From IMG/VR virus record IMGVR_UViG_3300012020_000004, positions 1 through 64,000 of that record: a DNA stretch of 64,000 nt; one strand, 5' to 3'. The position numbers and the translations under genes were made by a program. This stretch comes from a virus. Its lineage: Duplodnaviria; Caudoviricetes. Of the stretch, positions 37,063 to 46,946 are shown piece after piece; the first letter of the stretch is position 1, and each line of letters begins with the position of its first letter. The notes under the pieces are model-generated. The model did not search any database. It was not told the DNA's origin and saw nothing but the letters and a program-made list of their open reading frames with translations.

Positions 37063-39162
37063 TCACAAAGTGATTAGGTTGTTGGCAAAGCTTTCACTGA
37101 CATCTGAATGCGTCACCAGGAGCACCTGACTAAAGCCGGAAGCTGCAATGTAACCGAGCATCGCAGCTTCGCGTGATGCGTCACAACTGGCGGACGGCTC
37201 ATCGAGGACGATGAACTGGCACCCTGGAACAAAGGTCTTAGTGAGTGCACAACGTATAGCAAGGCCAAGAAGATCAAGAGTGCTCCCACTGAGAGAGTCA
37301 ACGCTTCTGCCGTTAACCGTAAAGCCGTCTTTTTCCTTAGAGACAATTGAGTTCTCCCCCCTCATCTGGCTGAACACCGTGCTCACACTAGCCAGCACCA
37401 TGGACCAGAGCTTGTTGCCGATCACCGGCCTGGCTGCCCGGATCTTCTTGACCAGGGCGTTGTTGAACTCCAGCGCGCTGATCTCCTGCTTGGTGCTTTC
37501 GATCTGCTTCTCGAGCTGGGCTCGCTTCTCGAGCGCGGCGGTGTGCATGGCGACAGCGAACTGGAATTCGGCCTTCGCCCCGTCGATGCTTCGCTGCAGG
37601 TCCATGATGGCACCCCGGGCCTCAGCCAGGGTCCCTTCACCCTCCTTCAACCCGGCCTCGGCCTGGGCCAACGCCCCATCGGAGACGGGGCACAGGCCCC
37701 GAAGCTCGTGGACGAGCTTGAGTCGGTCGTCCTCAAGGTCGTGGATCTGGCAGTTGAGCATCTCCAGCTTAGTGTTGGCCTTCAGGATGGCATCATTGTA
37801 CCGCTTCGCGTCGGCGAGCATGCCGGCGTAGTCGGGCTCGGCGCCGGCCTCGGGCGGGGGCAGCCCCTGCCACATGAACAGCGCCGGCAGCACGCTCTCG
37901 TCCCTCTCCAGGTACTGCTCGATGCCCCGGACGCCACGCAGGATCTCGTCCTCGACCCGGAACAGGGCCTGCACGTTCTCCAGGCCCCGCTCCGCGGCCT
38001 CCTTGCTCTCCAGAGCCTCGACTCGGCGTTGCCCCTCGCTCAGGATCGCAGCCTCGAGCTCAGCGTTGAGCTTGGCCACCTCTGGGAACTGGCTCACGTC
38101 CTGGCCGCAGAAGCCGCACGTACTGCTATTGATGAGCTTGGCCTGGGCCACCTTGATGTTTGTCTGGGCCTGCCGCACCGTCTCGTCGGCATGCTTGATG
38201 TCGGCCTGGAAGCGGCTGATCTCGGCGTTCATCGCCTCGCGGCTGTGCCGCTCGGGTGTGGGCAGCTTCTGGAACTGTGCCCACGCGCGGCGCCGCGCCC
38301 AGAGGTCCTGGTATTGGCGCAGGCCTTCTTCCAGGGCTGCCGTCTCCCGGGGCTCGAGCGTTGCCTGCCCCTCAACACCGGTGCGCTCGGCGCCCAGGTC
38401 GTTGAGCCTGCCCTCGACCTTGGCCAGGTTGGCCTCCAGCGTGGCGCGGTGGGACCGTGCGTGCTTCATCTTGGCCACCGCGTCCCGTGCGCCGGCCAAC
38501 TTCTCGACCAGGGTCGCCTCAGCCTCCTTGGCCGCGGCTAAGGAGTTGCTCAGCGCCAGGACGTTGGCCTCATGCGCCGCGGCGTCGGGCTGCGCAGGCG
38601 TGGTGAGCCCCTCGAGCTCGGAGGTCAGGCGCTGCAACCGGTCGGCCTGCACCGTCGCGGCGCCGAGCGGCAGCTTGTGCTGTGCGGCGTCGATGATGCG
38701 GTCAAAGAGATCGAACTCGCCCAGGTCCTCGATGAGCTGCGCGGTGGCCTTCGGGCCGTTGGTCAGCACGCCCCTCAGGCCCATCTGGTTTGAGAGCATG
38801 AGGTTGGCCGCGGTGTTGGCGTCGGCCCCCACCAACTTCTCACAGAACGCGGTGACCTCCGACTGACCCGTGACGAAGACCTGGCCCATGGCCAGGACCT
38901 CAGCCCCGGCCTTGCTGCGGGTGATGACATAGTCGCCGTACTCGACCTCGACCTTGAGCGCCTTGACGGGCTGGCCCCAGGTCACTGTGTTGTCCAGCCC
39001 GTCCCGCAGCACACGGCTACCGAACAGGGCGTAGGAGATGGCCTCAAGAATGGTCGTCTTGCCCCCTTCGTTAGCGGCACGGATAACGTTTAGGCCCTCG
39101 GTAAAAGGTACTGTGAGGTCAGTGTGCTTACGAAAATTCTGCAGCTTTACTTTCTTCAACAT
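37063..39162 (-). CDS. SbcC/Rad50-like SMC ATPase
   Basis: ANEGGKTT Walker A, coiled coils, CGFC zinc hook, LSG signature, IVLDEP Walker B. Confidence 0.92.
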   Translation of the reverse strand: MLKKVKLQNFRKHTDLTVPFTEGLNVIRAANEGGKTTILEAISYALFGSRVLRDGLDNTVTWGQPVKALKVEVEYGDYVITRSKAGAEVLAMGQVFVTGQSEVTAFCEKLVGADANTAANLMLSNQMGLRGVLTNGPKATAQLIEDLGEFDLFDRIIDAAQHKLPLGAATVQADRLQRLTSELEGLTTPAQPDAAAHEANVLALSNSLAAAKEAEATLVEKLAGARDAVAKMKHARSHRATLEANLAKVEGRLNDLGAERTGVEGQATLEPRETAALEEGLRQYQDLWARRRAWAQFQKLPTPERHSREAMNAEISRFQADIKHADETVRQAQTNIKVAQAKLINSSTCGFCGQDVSQFPEVAKLNAELEAAILSEGQRRVEALESKEAAERGLENVQALFRVEDEILRGVRGIEQYLERDESVLPALFMWQGLPPPEAGAEPDYAGMLADAKRYNDAILKANTKLEMLNCQIHDLEDDRLKLVHELRGLCPVSDGALAQAEAGLKEGEGTLAEARGAIMDLQRSIDGAKAEFQFAVAMHTAALEKRAQLEKQIESTKQEISALEFNNALVKKIRAARPVIGNKLWSMVLASVSTVFSQMRGENSIVSKEKDGFTVNGRSVDSLSGSTLDLLGLAIRCALTKTFVPGCQFIVLDEPSASCDASREAAMLGYIAASGFSQVLLVTHSDVSESFANNLITL

Positions 39163-39370
39163 AAATCCTCCTGTCTATCTGGCGTGCCGCTTCCCTGAGT
39201 TGCGCTTTCAGGAACGACAAGGTTCGTTTTCTGGGGTCAGGGTCATTGACTAGGGCCACCCACGAAATAGCGGTGGTGACGCCCCTGTGTCGTCTGGACA
39301 GCGTATGCAGCAGGCCCTGTGGTGTTGTTCTTATGTGCCAGGAGTATCGCCGGCCAGCGACTCGGATCAT
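39128..39370 (-). CDS. Possible small hypothetical protein
   Basis: ATGA overlap with the upstream stop; overlaps sbcC by 35 bp. Confidence 0.35.
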   Translation of the reverse strand: MIRVAGRRYSWHIRTTPQGLLHTLSRRHRGVTTAISWVALVNDPDPRKRTLSFLKAQLREAARQIDRRIYVEESKAAEFS

Positions 39371-39504
39371 TCCAGCATTTCCATGAGTGCTTCATTGAGG
39401 GCAGCCCTGAATTCGACCATGATGTCGTTCCGGCCCCATCCTGTCTTAGCCTGGAGGCGGGCCATGAACTTCTCTTCAAGAAGCGTGGCGAATTTCTTGA
39501 TCAT
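39367..39504 (-). CDS. Small hypothetical protein (45 aa), not in the ORF track
   Basis: MIKKFATLLEEKFMARLQAKTGWGRNDIMVEFRAALNEALMEMLE; ATGA overlap with the sbcD-like stop. Confidence 0.65.
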   Translation of the reverse strand: MIKKFATLLEEKFMARLQAKTGWGRNDIMVEFRAALNEALMEMLE

Positions 39505-40526
39505 GACAGTAGCTCCTTCACAACTTTGCCCTCTTCCTCGGACAACTCCTCGAGCAGTGCATCGAGCACGTTGAAGGCCGTGATCTGCTCAAGGCTCATC
39601 TCGGCCAACTCATCAAACGCGGCCACGCCCTCGACCTTGACTGCGTTGGTCACGACGTAGGCCTCAGACTTGGCCCGGAACCGGGCCACAGCATCGACCA
39701 CTTCTGCGGCTTCCTCCGCAGTCGCCGTACCCTCTACACGGATGAACTGGTAGCCGGGGTCAGTGTCGAGGTTGCGCCAGTCAACGCGTGTGAAGACTTC
39801 GTTGATGTGAACCATGGGCTCTAGCTCATAGTCCGGCCCGTCAAAGTAAGCTGCAAACTTAGCGTCGCAACCGAGGCAGTCAGACACACTCGATGGCACA
39901 CCGTTTCCTAGTATCAGCACCCGACGCTGCTCAAGGGCTCTGTACTGGTGTTCATGCCCAAGGGTTAGAACGTTGCCACGTTTTAACAGGGGGTCAGCCA
40001 TTTCCTGCGTAAGGTTCAAGGCGTGTTGGCTATCAGCAGCAAAGTTATTGTCATAGTTTGCATGGAACACAATAACGCTATTTTCAACGTCGCTCAGTTT
40101 CTCTACTTCAATCTTCAGTAGATCGTTGTTAGGGAGGTGGGGGACTAAGACAAACTGTCGCCAGCGGGTAACTTCACGGGCGACAGTAAGTGTGGCGGGG
40201 AACTGATGCTCCAGGATGCCCATCAGTAGGTCAAACGAGCTGACCTGCGTCGCCCTTGGGTGATGATCATGGTTACCACGCACTACAGCAAGCTCTTGCC
40301 CAGTGGTCAGAAAAGACTGAAGCACCCGGTAGACACTGAACAGTGCCGCAGAGTCAATCGTGAACTGGTCCAGAAGATCCCCCATGATCAGGTGAGGAAA
40401 GTTTGGGTCAAGGGCTTCCTTTAGGTTATTAAGCATGTATGTGCCAAGCGCATCGTTAGAGGCTGGAGTAGCTCCCGCCGTTCGCTTGGCGCCGATGTGC
40501 CAATCAGTTGTTACTTTGACTCTCAT
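39501..40526 (-). CDS. SbcD/Mre11-like metallophosphoesterase nuclease
   Basis: DWH, GD, GNHD, H and GHEH motifs; adjacent to the SbcC-like gene. Confidence 0.9.
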   Translation of the reverse strand: MRVKVTTDWHIGAKRTAGATPASNDALGTYMLNNLKEALDPNFPHLIMGDLLDQFTIDSAALFSVYRVLQSFLTTGQELAVVRGNHDHHPRATQVSSFDLLMGILEHQFPATLTVAREVTRWRQFVLVPHLPNNDLLKIEVEKLSDVENSVIVFHANYDNNFAADSQHALNLTQEMADPLLKRGNVLTLGHEHQYRALEQRRVLILGNGVPSSVSDCLGCDAKFAAYFDGPDYELEPMVHINEVFTRVDWRNLDTDPGYQFIRVEGTATAEEAAEVVDAVARFRAKSEAYVVTNAVKVEGVAAFDELAEMSLEQITAFNVLDALLEELSEEEGKVVKELLS

Positions 40527-41317
40527 GCCAGTCTCCTAGACGGGGTGGTTACGGCTTTTTCTACATCCCACATGTACTTTGTTAACCTTGCGTAAAGGGT
40601 GGGGTATGAAACTGCGGCTATGTCTGCTAGGTCGGCTATAGTCTTTTTCTCGCCCCTAAACAGAAATAGAACATTTACTCTTGTGTTTCGGAGGTTAGCC
40701 CTCCTTGTTACCCACCTACAGTTACCCTTAAAGTAACCTAGTGAGTTGTCTATGCGGTCAATCTCAGTCCCTGGCGGCCTTTCACCCATTTCTGAAACAA
40801 AGAAATCGTAGTCTAGCCAGGCGGGATCAAGTGTTATTCCTGCTCCTCCATACCTCTCGTAAGCTTCATGTTCTGGGTTAGTACACCTAGCAACCATGGC
40901 CTTGTGGGTATTCCTGGTTGGGCCATGAAACCGCCCCGACCCTTTCCTTGAAGTTTTGGGTTGACAGGAGCATAATGCCTGTCTACCAGCCCGAAGCAAG
41001 GAGGCTCTCATCACCCTCTGCTCCCCACAGACATGCTGCCACAGGAACTCATGACCCTTGGCCCCTCTACCCACAAACTCAAGGCACGTCCAGCCAGATA
41101 CCGAGTCACCTGGTTTACACGATATAGGCTCCTTGGGCAGCTTCTTCAGGCACCCACAAGACTTAACTCTTCCTGAGGCCAGGAGGCTCCCGTTAACCGT
41201 GGTGTAGCCCCCGCATGTGCAGGCACACGTCCAGAACGTGTACTTATTTACGTACTCGAGGGACACCACAGTGAGTCTGCCGAATGTTCTCCCTGCCAGG
41301 TCTAAGCGCCTTGCCAT
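40523..41317 (-). CDS. HNH-type homing endonuclease with Cys-rich repeats
   Basis: GRTFGRLTVV..WTCACTCG..SCGC; IDRIDNSLGYFKGNCRW. Confidence 0.8.
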   Translation of the reverse strand: MARRLDLAGRTFGRLTVVSLEYVNKYTFWTCACTCGGYTTVNGSLLASGRVKSCGCLKKLPKEPISCKPGDSVSGWTCLEFVGRGAKGHEFLWQHVCGEQRVMRASLLRAGRQALCSCQPKTSRKGSGRFHGPTRNTHKAMVARCTNPEHEAYERYGGAGITLDPAWLDYDFFVSEMGERPPGTEIDRIDNSLGYFKGNCRWVTRRANLRNTRVNVLFLFRGEKKTIADLADIAAVSYPTLYARLTKYMWDVEKAVTTPSRRLA

Positions 41318-41402
41318 CGTTCGTTAGGTCCATGTAAGCGGCCCCAGCGCTGTGCTGGGGCCTACAGGTTTCACTTTAGGCCTGGATAGGCCATGTGTCA
41401 AC

Positions 41403-41516
41403 TTACCGCATGTTTCGCTTCCTCCACTCCTCGAGCACAGACAGCCAGATGAGCGCACCGAGACCCAAAGCGGCGAAAGAAACGGCCAACAGGGCAACAC
41501 CAAAAAGCCACTCCAT
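41403..41516 (-). CDS. Small membrane peptide (37 aa)
   Basis: MEWLFGVALLAVSFAALGLGALIWLSVLEEWRKRNMR; start overlaps the ligase stop. Confidence 0.5.
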   Translation of the reverse strand: MEWLFGVALLAVSFAALGLGALIWLSVLEEWRKRNMR

Positions 41517-42508
41517 CACATGTCCTCCTCGGCACGGAACCCCAGGAACACAGGGAATCGGGGGAGATCCTTGACCCCGATCTCGAAGTGCTTGATCTTC
41601 GCCATACGACCAATAAGAGGTACGCCTGACGGGTACACAGTTGCTACAGACGCAGGCTTCCAGCATTGGTCACTTTCATCCCAGTGCTTGGGCACGAGGT
41701 AGGACACCTGGCTCCCTATCGCGTCTGCCCAAATCTGGGCGCGCTGATTCTCGGAGAAACCAGTACCACAGCGGAAGGGGCCGGCGTCGTGCTTGAGGAC
41801 AAGGGCACCGAGAGTCCCCATAGGGACCATGCCAGCTTTGTGACTTGACCGCTCTGTGTATCCAAGCTCATTGGTAGTGGCGACGTTCCCATTGTGCATG
41901 CGCTCCTCGAACCCGATGACTTCGTACTCATGGTCGGCAAATCGCTTCAGTTTCCAGAGGATGCCCTCCCTCATCGTGGCACGACCATACTTGTAGACGC
42001 CATAAATACTGCGGCCCATCACGCCCTCGTAGCCGGCCTCCAGCCAGTGGGCCTCTACCTCGAGCAGTCCGGCAAGGTCGTGGACCTTGACCTGAGGGAC
42101 GAGCGCAACCTTGTGTAACGCGAAGGCTTTTGGCGGGCAACAAAGCACCTCAAGGTTCTTGTACCGGGTGTCGAACGTTATGTACTGCAGGTCCCACCGG
42201 TCGAACACGTGGTAGGTGAAGTCGGGCTCCCCTGCCTTACTCATCACGGCGCTGTTGGTCGTGCGGTACACGTCCGGGGCATTGGCGGGGCCCACGATGA
42301 TCTCCCCGTCCAGGCCATCGTAGATGCCTGATGCGAAGATGGACTGGATGTATCGGTTCGGTAGCTCCTTCATGGAGCGGGTCATCGCTTTCCCGTTCAT
42401 GCCAAGGACCCTGATCCCGTCCAGCTTCGGGGATACGTAGCAGGGGAACTTGACCTTCTCAAGGTCAACGGTGGCCGCAAGGAGGGGCCGGAAGTCTTCA
42501 CTGATCAT
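41516..42508 (-). CDS. ATP-dependent DNA ligase
   Basis: SPKLDGIR (KxDG), DGE, FD, YEGVM, WKLK, FPVF motifs. Confidence 0.93.
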   Translation of the reverse strand: MISEDFRPLLAATVDLEKVKFPCYVSPKLDGIRVLGMNGKAMTRSMKELPNRYIQSIFASGIYDGLDGEIIVGPANAPDVYRTTNSAVMSKAGEPDFTYHVFDRWDLQYITFDTRYKNLEVLCCPPKAFALHKVALVPQVKVHDLAGLLEVEAHWLEAGYEGVMGRSIYGVYKYGRATMREGILWKLKRFADHEYEVIGFEERMHNGNVATTNELGYTERSSHKAGMVPMGTLGALVLKHDAGPFRCGTGFSENQRAQIWADAIGSQVSYLVPKHWDESDQCWKPASVATVYPSGVPLIGRMAKIKHFEIGVKDLPRFPVFLGFRAEEDM

Positions 42509-42519
42509 TGTTCTTCTCC

Positions 42520-42972
42520 TCACAGGTGGGCAGATAGCGCCAGCTCAGCGCTCGGGAAAGTCGGGAACGGGCGCAGGTCCCAGGACGGCCGACCAAGCTC
42601 AAGGTCCTTGGCAAGGAAGCAGCGCCACACGCCCTCGAGGTAGTGGTTCACGACGATGACGCCGCGTACCCCCGCCGCATCAAACTTGTGCATGGTGGCG
42701 AGCTGTCGCACCTTGTCCTTGGGCAGCCGGTAGGCATGGCTCAGGGCCTTGGCCTCCAGGAGGATGCCCTTCTTGCCGTTGGCCACCAGGTAGTCGGAGG
42801 GCTGGGCCGCGATCACGCGCCCCGCTGCCTTCGAGTCCGGGAACCTGTGCCAGGCGAAGTCAGCGCGACGCGTGTTCTCTTGGTCAAGGAGGCTTTCCAC
42901 GAGGAGCTCTGTTTCGCACCCAACAACCTCGGGCTTCAAGGACTGCCACCACTCTTTTGAGTACTTTTTCAT
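42520..42972 (-). CDS. PD-(D/E)xK nuclease, RecU-like Holliday junction resolvase
   Basis: QPSDY...LLEAK...Q motif; position between Pol and ligase. Confidence 0.7.
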   Translation of the reverse strand: MKKYSKEWWQSLKPEVVGCETELLVESLLDQENTRRADFAWHRFPDSKAAGRVIAAQPSDYLVANGKKGILLEAKALSHAYRLPKDKVRQLATMHKFDAAGVRGVIVVNHYLEGVWRCFLAKDLELGRPSWDLRPFPTFPSAELALSAHL

Positions 42973-42996
42973 TGTTGCTCTTCTCCATTTATGACA

Positions 42997-45900
42997 CTAA
43001 GCGACTTCTGCAACTTCACCACTGAAGATCTTCACCAGGATCTCCTTGATGTTCTCCTCGATGTACCAGTCCCCGGCCTCGTACTGTTTACCGAAGTTGG
43101 GACCAAGGCTGATGGAGCCCAGGAACGGGACGGGGAGGTCCCCATAAGGCTCGACCATGGCGTCGTGGAAGATCTTGATGACTTCCAGTGCGTGGTCACG
43201 ATGAACAGAGAACACCAGTTCGTCGTGGATCGGGGCAAAGAACACCACGTCGTACTTCCACAACACACCTGAACGCCACACCCGAGCCATCGCCAGCTTC
43301 GTCTGCTCCGCAGAGCTCCCCTGGATCTTGAAGTTCGGGCCCTGTCGAAGTGCTTTCTCGATGTCCCACTTGTTGTCCGAGAGAAGCGCCTCGCGCAGGT
43401 GGCGGCGGGCCCCCATGCACGTGGTGACGTACCCAAGGTTCGACGTCTCGGCCTTAACCTCCTCCTTCCACTCCTCGAACCGCGGGAACATGGCGAACTT
43501 GGCCTCGAGGAACGCCTGGGCGTCAGCCACCGGGATGATCAGCGTTTCGGCCAGCTTCGGCGCCTGGGCGTCGTACTGCGCACCGAAGTTCACGTTCTTC
43601 GCGTTCTTGCGAAGGTCATCGGCCATCTTGGCCACCACTTCGTCTTCCTTGCACTTGCGCAGGCGCAGGAACAGGTCGTACTCGGCGTCACCGGGCTTCC
43701 CGAAACGCTCAATCATCTCAGCGAGGACGGTCTTGCCCCACTTCTTCTCCATGGCGCCGGCCGCGGTCATGGAGTGCATGTCCTTGAGGTTATCACCGAC
43801 GAAGCAGGCAAGCATGTTGGGGTCTAGCGACTGCCCGGCGCCCTGGCGCAACTCCTGGCCAGAGAAGTCGATCGATACCATGACCGCATCTTTGTGGTGC
43901 GGCAGGAAGCACTCCCGGAACTTTACCCCCTCCCCCTTCTTGGGAAGCTGTGCAAGGTTCGGGTCGCTAGGAGCGAACCGGCGAGTAACGGTACGGGACT
44001 GGCCAGCCTGTCCGTGCACCTTGTTGTCTTTCCAGTGCCTGATCGTCTTGTAGGTGTTGTAGAACAGGCTTTGCCGCGTCGAGCACTTCTTCATCTTCTG
44101 GAAGGCGTGCAGGATCGGGCACCCGGGTCGGTCCATGGCCAGGGCGAAGTCGACGGCGGTGTCGTCGGTCTTGGCCTTGAGCTTGAGGAGCTGCATCTCC
44201 TCGTCGGTGATCGGCGGCTCCGTCTCCGAGCCTGCCCAGATCTTCTTGTGGCGGGACACCGCGGCGTACATCTCACGGTTCTCGGTGCGCTCCTTCGGCG
44301 TGCAGTTGTTCACGATCCGCACAGGCAGGCCGAGCATGTCGTAGAGGAACGCCTTCATCTGCTTCGGGCTGCCAACGTCGAAGATCGGCTCACCCTCGAA
44401 CCGGGCGGCGACGAGCTTGTTGATCGACTCCAGGTCTCCTGCCTCGATCAGGCCGGCGAGCATCTCGGCGTCCGGGTGGTCCATCTCAGCCACCAGTTTG
44501 GCGATCTTGCTCACCGTCCGCATCTGGGTCTTAAGCTCGAGGCCGAGCGTGATCTTGGTGATCTCCTTGATGCCTGCAGGAGTCAGCTCCGAGAACCCCG
44601 GGCACACCGTGCCTTCCCACCCGTGCTCGATCAGGGCCTCGCGCACCACGGCCCACGCCTTCGCGTAGGTTTCGTGGTCCTCGCGCTCCAGCTCCAGCAT
44701 ACGCTCGAGCGAGAACTTGGTCCCCTGCACATAAGCCAGTGCGCCGACGTACGCCGGCAACTGCTCCACCTCAAGGAACACGTCCCAGGTGTGCTCCATC
44801 TCCATGATGGTACGGAAGAACCGGTAGAGCGCTGCGGTGCAGATCGTGTCATCGGCGCCGTAGGAGAGCACGTGCTCCGCAGTCAGCTCGCGCATCTTGT
44901 ACTGGACGGTGTCGATCAAGCGCACAGCGAGCTGCTCGACCTCGACCGTGTTGCCGTCTTCGTCTTCCTGAAGCACAGGAACCATGACATGGTTGCCGTA
45001 CTCATCAACGATGAACTCCTCCACTGTCTTGATGATCTTGCCCCCTTCCGGCAGCGTCCCTCGCTCACCCGTCATCGTGGTCACATGCTCGTAGTTCTCC
45101 TGCTCATACCCTAGGTACAGCTTGGAGTTCGCCTTCAGACCTTGGCTCTGGTTCTCATCGACATAGGAGCTGCAGACCGCGTTGTCGATCACGTTGGGGA
45201 TGAAGCCGTGCCAGCCGTTGTCGCGCTGCTGGTCAGCCCACTCCATCGCAAGGATGGGGAGCTCGAACGCGGCGTTATGCACGACCACGAACTTGTTGCT
45301 CGGAATTGAGGCGACGAGTTGGCGCACCTGCTCAGAGGTGCAGTTGGGCGTGTCGCGGTGATCCACCGACAGGTAATAGGTGTACTGGCTGTTCGGCCCG
45401 AAGGTCAGGCCCATGCCTGTGAGTTCAGAGCCAAGCACGTCGACTTTCTTCTCCGCATCACGGGCAGCAAGCCACTCGTCGCTCTCGTCCGGGGTCGAGG
45501 TCTCGATGTCAAGGGAGAAGAAAGGGGTGCCCCGGACTTGCTTCTCGAAGAAGGCCAGGGCCTGGTCGTAGGTCTCCGCGGTGATGAGGCGAACCTGCTG
45601 GCCCCACTTCTTGAGCCGGTAGTCGGTCGCTGGCTTGACCATCCCGGGGTGCCACTGCAGGGGCACACGGAGCAGATTCACCCAGTCGGGGCGCAGCTTG
45701 GCAAGCTGGTAGCTGGTGTAGACGAGGTCCAGGTTGTTGAGCACGAGCTGGAACGGCGGGAAGTCCGCGACATCGTCCTTCAACTCGTCCAGGTTGCGCG
45801 TCTCCATCCAGCCGTCTAGCACGGGAAGCGCGGAGCCGTAGCGCTCGAGCAGCGCCTCCCACTTCTTGGGGCCGAACTTGGGGCAGCCCGGGTACTCGTT

Positions 45901-46473
45901 CCCGTCCCCGACCAGCGCCTTCATCACGCGGATGTAGGTGGGGTCGAAGTCGCCGTATGGGTTGCTGGCCACCAGGGTGCCGCTCTTCCAGAGCATGACG
46001 TCAGGCAGGGCCAGGAGTTGAGCCAAGTCGCCGTCCGTCGAGTAGATGATCTTCTCACCACCCAGATGCTCAGCGAGGTAGGCGATGACATCGTCGCCCT
46101 CGGTGTGGGGCTGCGTGACCCAGGTGGCGCCGAGGTTGCCGAACAGGGTCAGAATCTCGTCCTTCGCTTTCTGGAAGTTCTCCTTCAGGAGTGGGTGGCG
46201 CTCCTCACGATCCTGCTTGTAAGGCTTATACATGGCCTGACGCCGCGCCTTGGAGTTGCCAGTTTCCACCACGAAGATGATGTCGGATGGCACGAGGCTG
46301 AGTGTCTCGAGGCAGGTCACCAGGTTGTTGATGGCACAGTCTACGCCCCACTGCGCTGAGTTGATGTAGATCTCTTTGCCATTGTGCTGGATCTTTCTCC
46401 CGTTCTCCCCGTCCTTGCCCACAAGCAATGACGTCCAAAGAAGGTTGGAGAAGTCCACGATTAGTCTTTTCAT
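42997..46473 (-). CDS. polA: DNA polymerase I (5'-3' exonuclease + 3'-5' exonuclease + family A polymerase)
   Basis: IVDFSN / EGDD / STDGDL 5' nuclease motifs; DIET, HNAAFE, YGADD Exo I-III; DFSGQELR, RKNAKNVNFG, IHDE motifs A-C. Confidence 0.95.
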   Translation of the reverse strand: MKRLIVDFSNLLWTSLLVGKDGENGRKIQHNGKEIYINSAQWGVDCAINNLVTCLETLSLVPSDIIFVVETGNSKARRQAMYKPYKQDREERHPLLKENFQKAKDEILTLFGNLGATWVTQPHTEGDDVIAYLAEHLGGEKIIYSTDGDLAQLLALPDVMLWKSGTLVASNPYGDFDPTYIRVMKALVGDGNEYPGCPKFGPKKWEALLERYGSALPVLDGWMETRNLDELKDDVADFPPFQLVLNNLDLVYTSYQLAKLRPDWVNLLRVPLQWHPGMVKPATDYRLKKWGQQVRLITAETYDQALAFFEKQVRGTPFFSLDIETSTPDESDEWLAARDAEKKVDVLGSELTGMGLTFGPNSQYTYYLSVDHRDTPNCTSEQVRQLVASIPSNKFVVVHNAAFELPILAMEWADQQRDNGWHGFIPNVIDNAVCSSYVDENQSQGLKANSKLYLGYEQENYEHVTTMTGERGTLPEGGKIIKTVEEFIVDEYGNHVMVPVLQEDEDGNTVEVEQLAVRLIDTVQYKMRELTAEHVLSYGADDTICTAALYRFFRTIMEMEHTWDVFLEVEQLPAYVGALAYVQGTKFSLERMLELEREDHETYAKAWAVVREALIEHGWEGTVCPGFSELTPAGIKEITKITLGLELKTQMRTVSKIAKLVAEMDHPDAEMLAGLIEAGDLESINKLVAARFEGEPIFDVGSPKQMKAFLYDMLGLPVRIVNNCTPKERTENREMYAAVSRHKKIWAGSETEPPITDEEMQLLKLKAKTDDTAVDFALAMDRPGCPILHAFQKMKKCSTRQSLFYNTYKTIRHWKDNKVHGQAGQSRTVTRRFAPSDPNLAQLPKKGEGVKFRECFLPHHKDAVMVSIDFSGQELRQGAGQSLDPNMLACFVGDNLKDMHSMTAAGAMEKKWGKTVLAEMIERFGKPGDAEYDLFLRLRKCKEDEVVAKMADDLRKNAKNVNFGAQYDAQAPKLAETLIIPVADAQAFLEAKFAMFPRFEEWKEEVKAETSNLGYVTTCMGARRHLREALLSDNKWDIEKALRQGPNFKIQGSSAEQTKLAMARVWRSGVLWKYDVVFFAPIHDELVFSVHRDHALEVIKIFHDAMVEPYGDLPVPFLGSISLGPNFGKQYEAGDWYIEENIKEILVKIFSGEVAEVA

Positions 46474-46561
46474 TGTATGTGGTCCAAGATAAATTTAATG
46501 GAGTACGTCACAACGTACCCCATAGCGACTAACAGCACCAAGCTCTTGACGTAACGCATGA

Positions 46562-46702
46562 TTAGCGCCTGACAGCTAACCAACGAGAGCCTAGGAAAGC
46601 CACGCACTTCTTCCACTTGCGGATGTGGGCCTGCCGCATCTCCTCGGAGATGAAGCCGGTGTCCGGGAAAAGGCGCTCAGCCATCGCATCAATATCGTGC
46701 AT
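46562..46702 (-). CDS. Small hypothetical protein (46 aa)
   Basis: MHDIDAMAERLFP...; GGAG RBS inside the upstream gene. Confidence 0.5.
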   Translation of the reverse strand: MHDIDAMAERLFPDTGFISEEMRQAHIRKWKKCVAFLGSRWLAVRR

Positions 46703-46946
46703 AGTTCTTCTCCTTCTTCTCTTTGATTGACTGACAGGAAAAGCAACGAACCTTACCCATGGCAAGGCGTTGCTCCTCGATGTCTTCTCCGCAGTCAACA
46801 CACTCTTCTGTTTCCCACGCCCCGCTTTCATCCTGCTTCTGCTCAGGTGCAGCCAGGAGGCTGTAGTGCTTCACAGCCTCCTGGTTAGCCAGGTCAGCGA
46901 TGTAGTTGGCGCGGTCGATCTCGTCGCTGAACTGGTTCTCGCTCAC
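46689..46946 (-). CDS. TraR/DksA C4 zinc-finger protein
   Basis: DEIDRA acidic tip; CVDC...R.....RCFSCQ. Confidence 0.9.
   Translation of the reverse strand: MSENQFSDEIDRANYIADLANQEAVKHYSLLAAPEQKQDESGAWETEECVDCGEDIEEQRLAMGKVRCFSCQSIKEKKEKNYARY

Noticed and set aside
42997-46473. Intein in Pol I, or a DpoZ-type polymerase for a modified genome
   Set aside because: No Cys/Ser-start and His-Asn-end splicing motifs in the inserts; no purZ, datZ or other base-modification cluster in the window.
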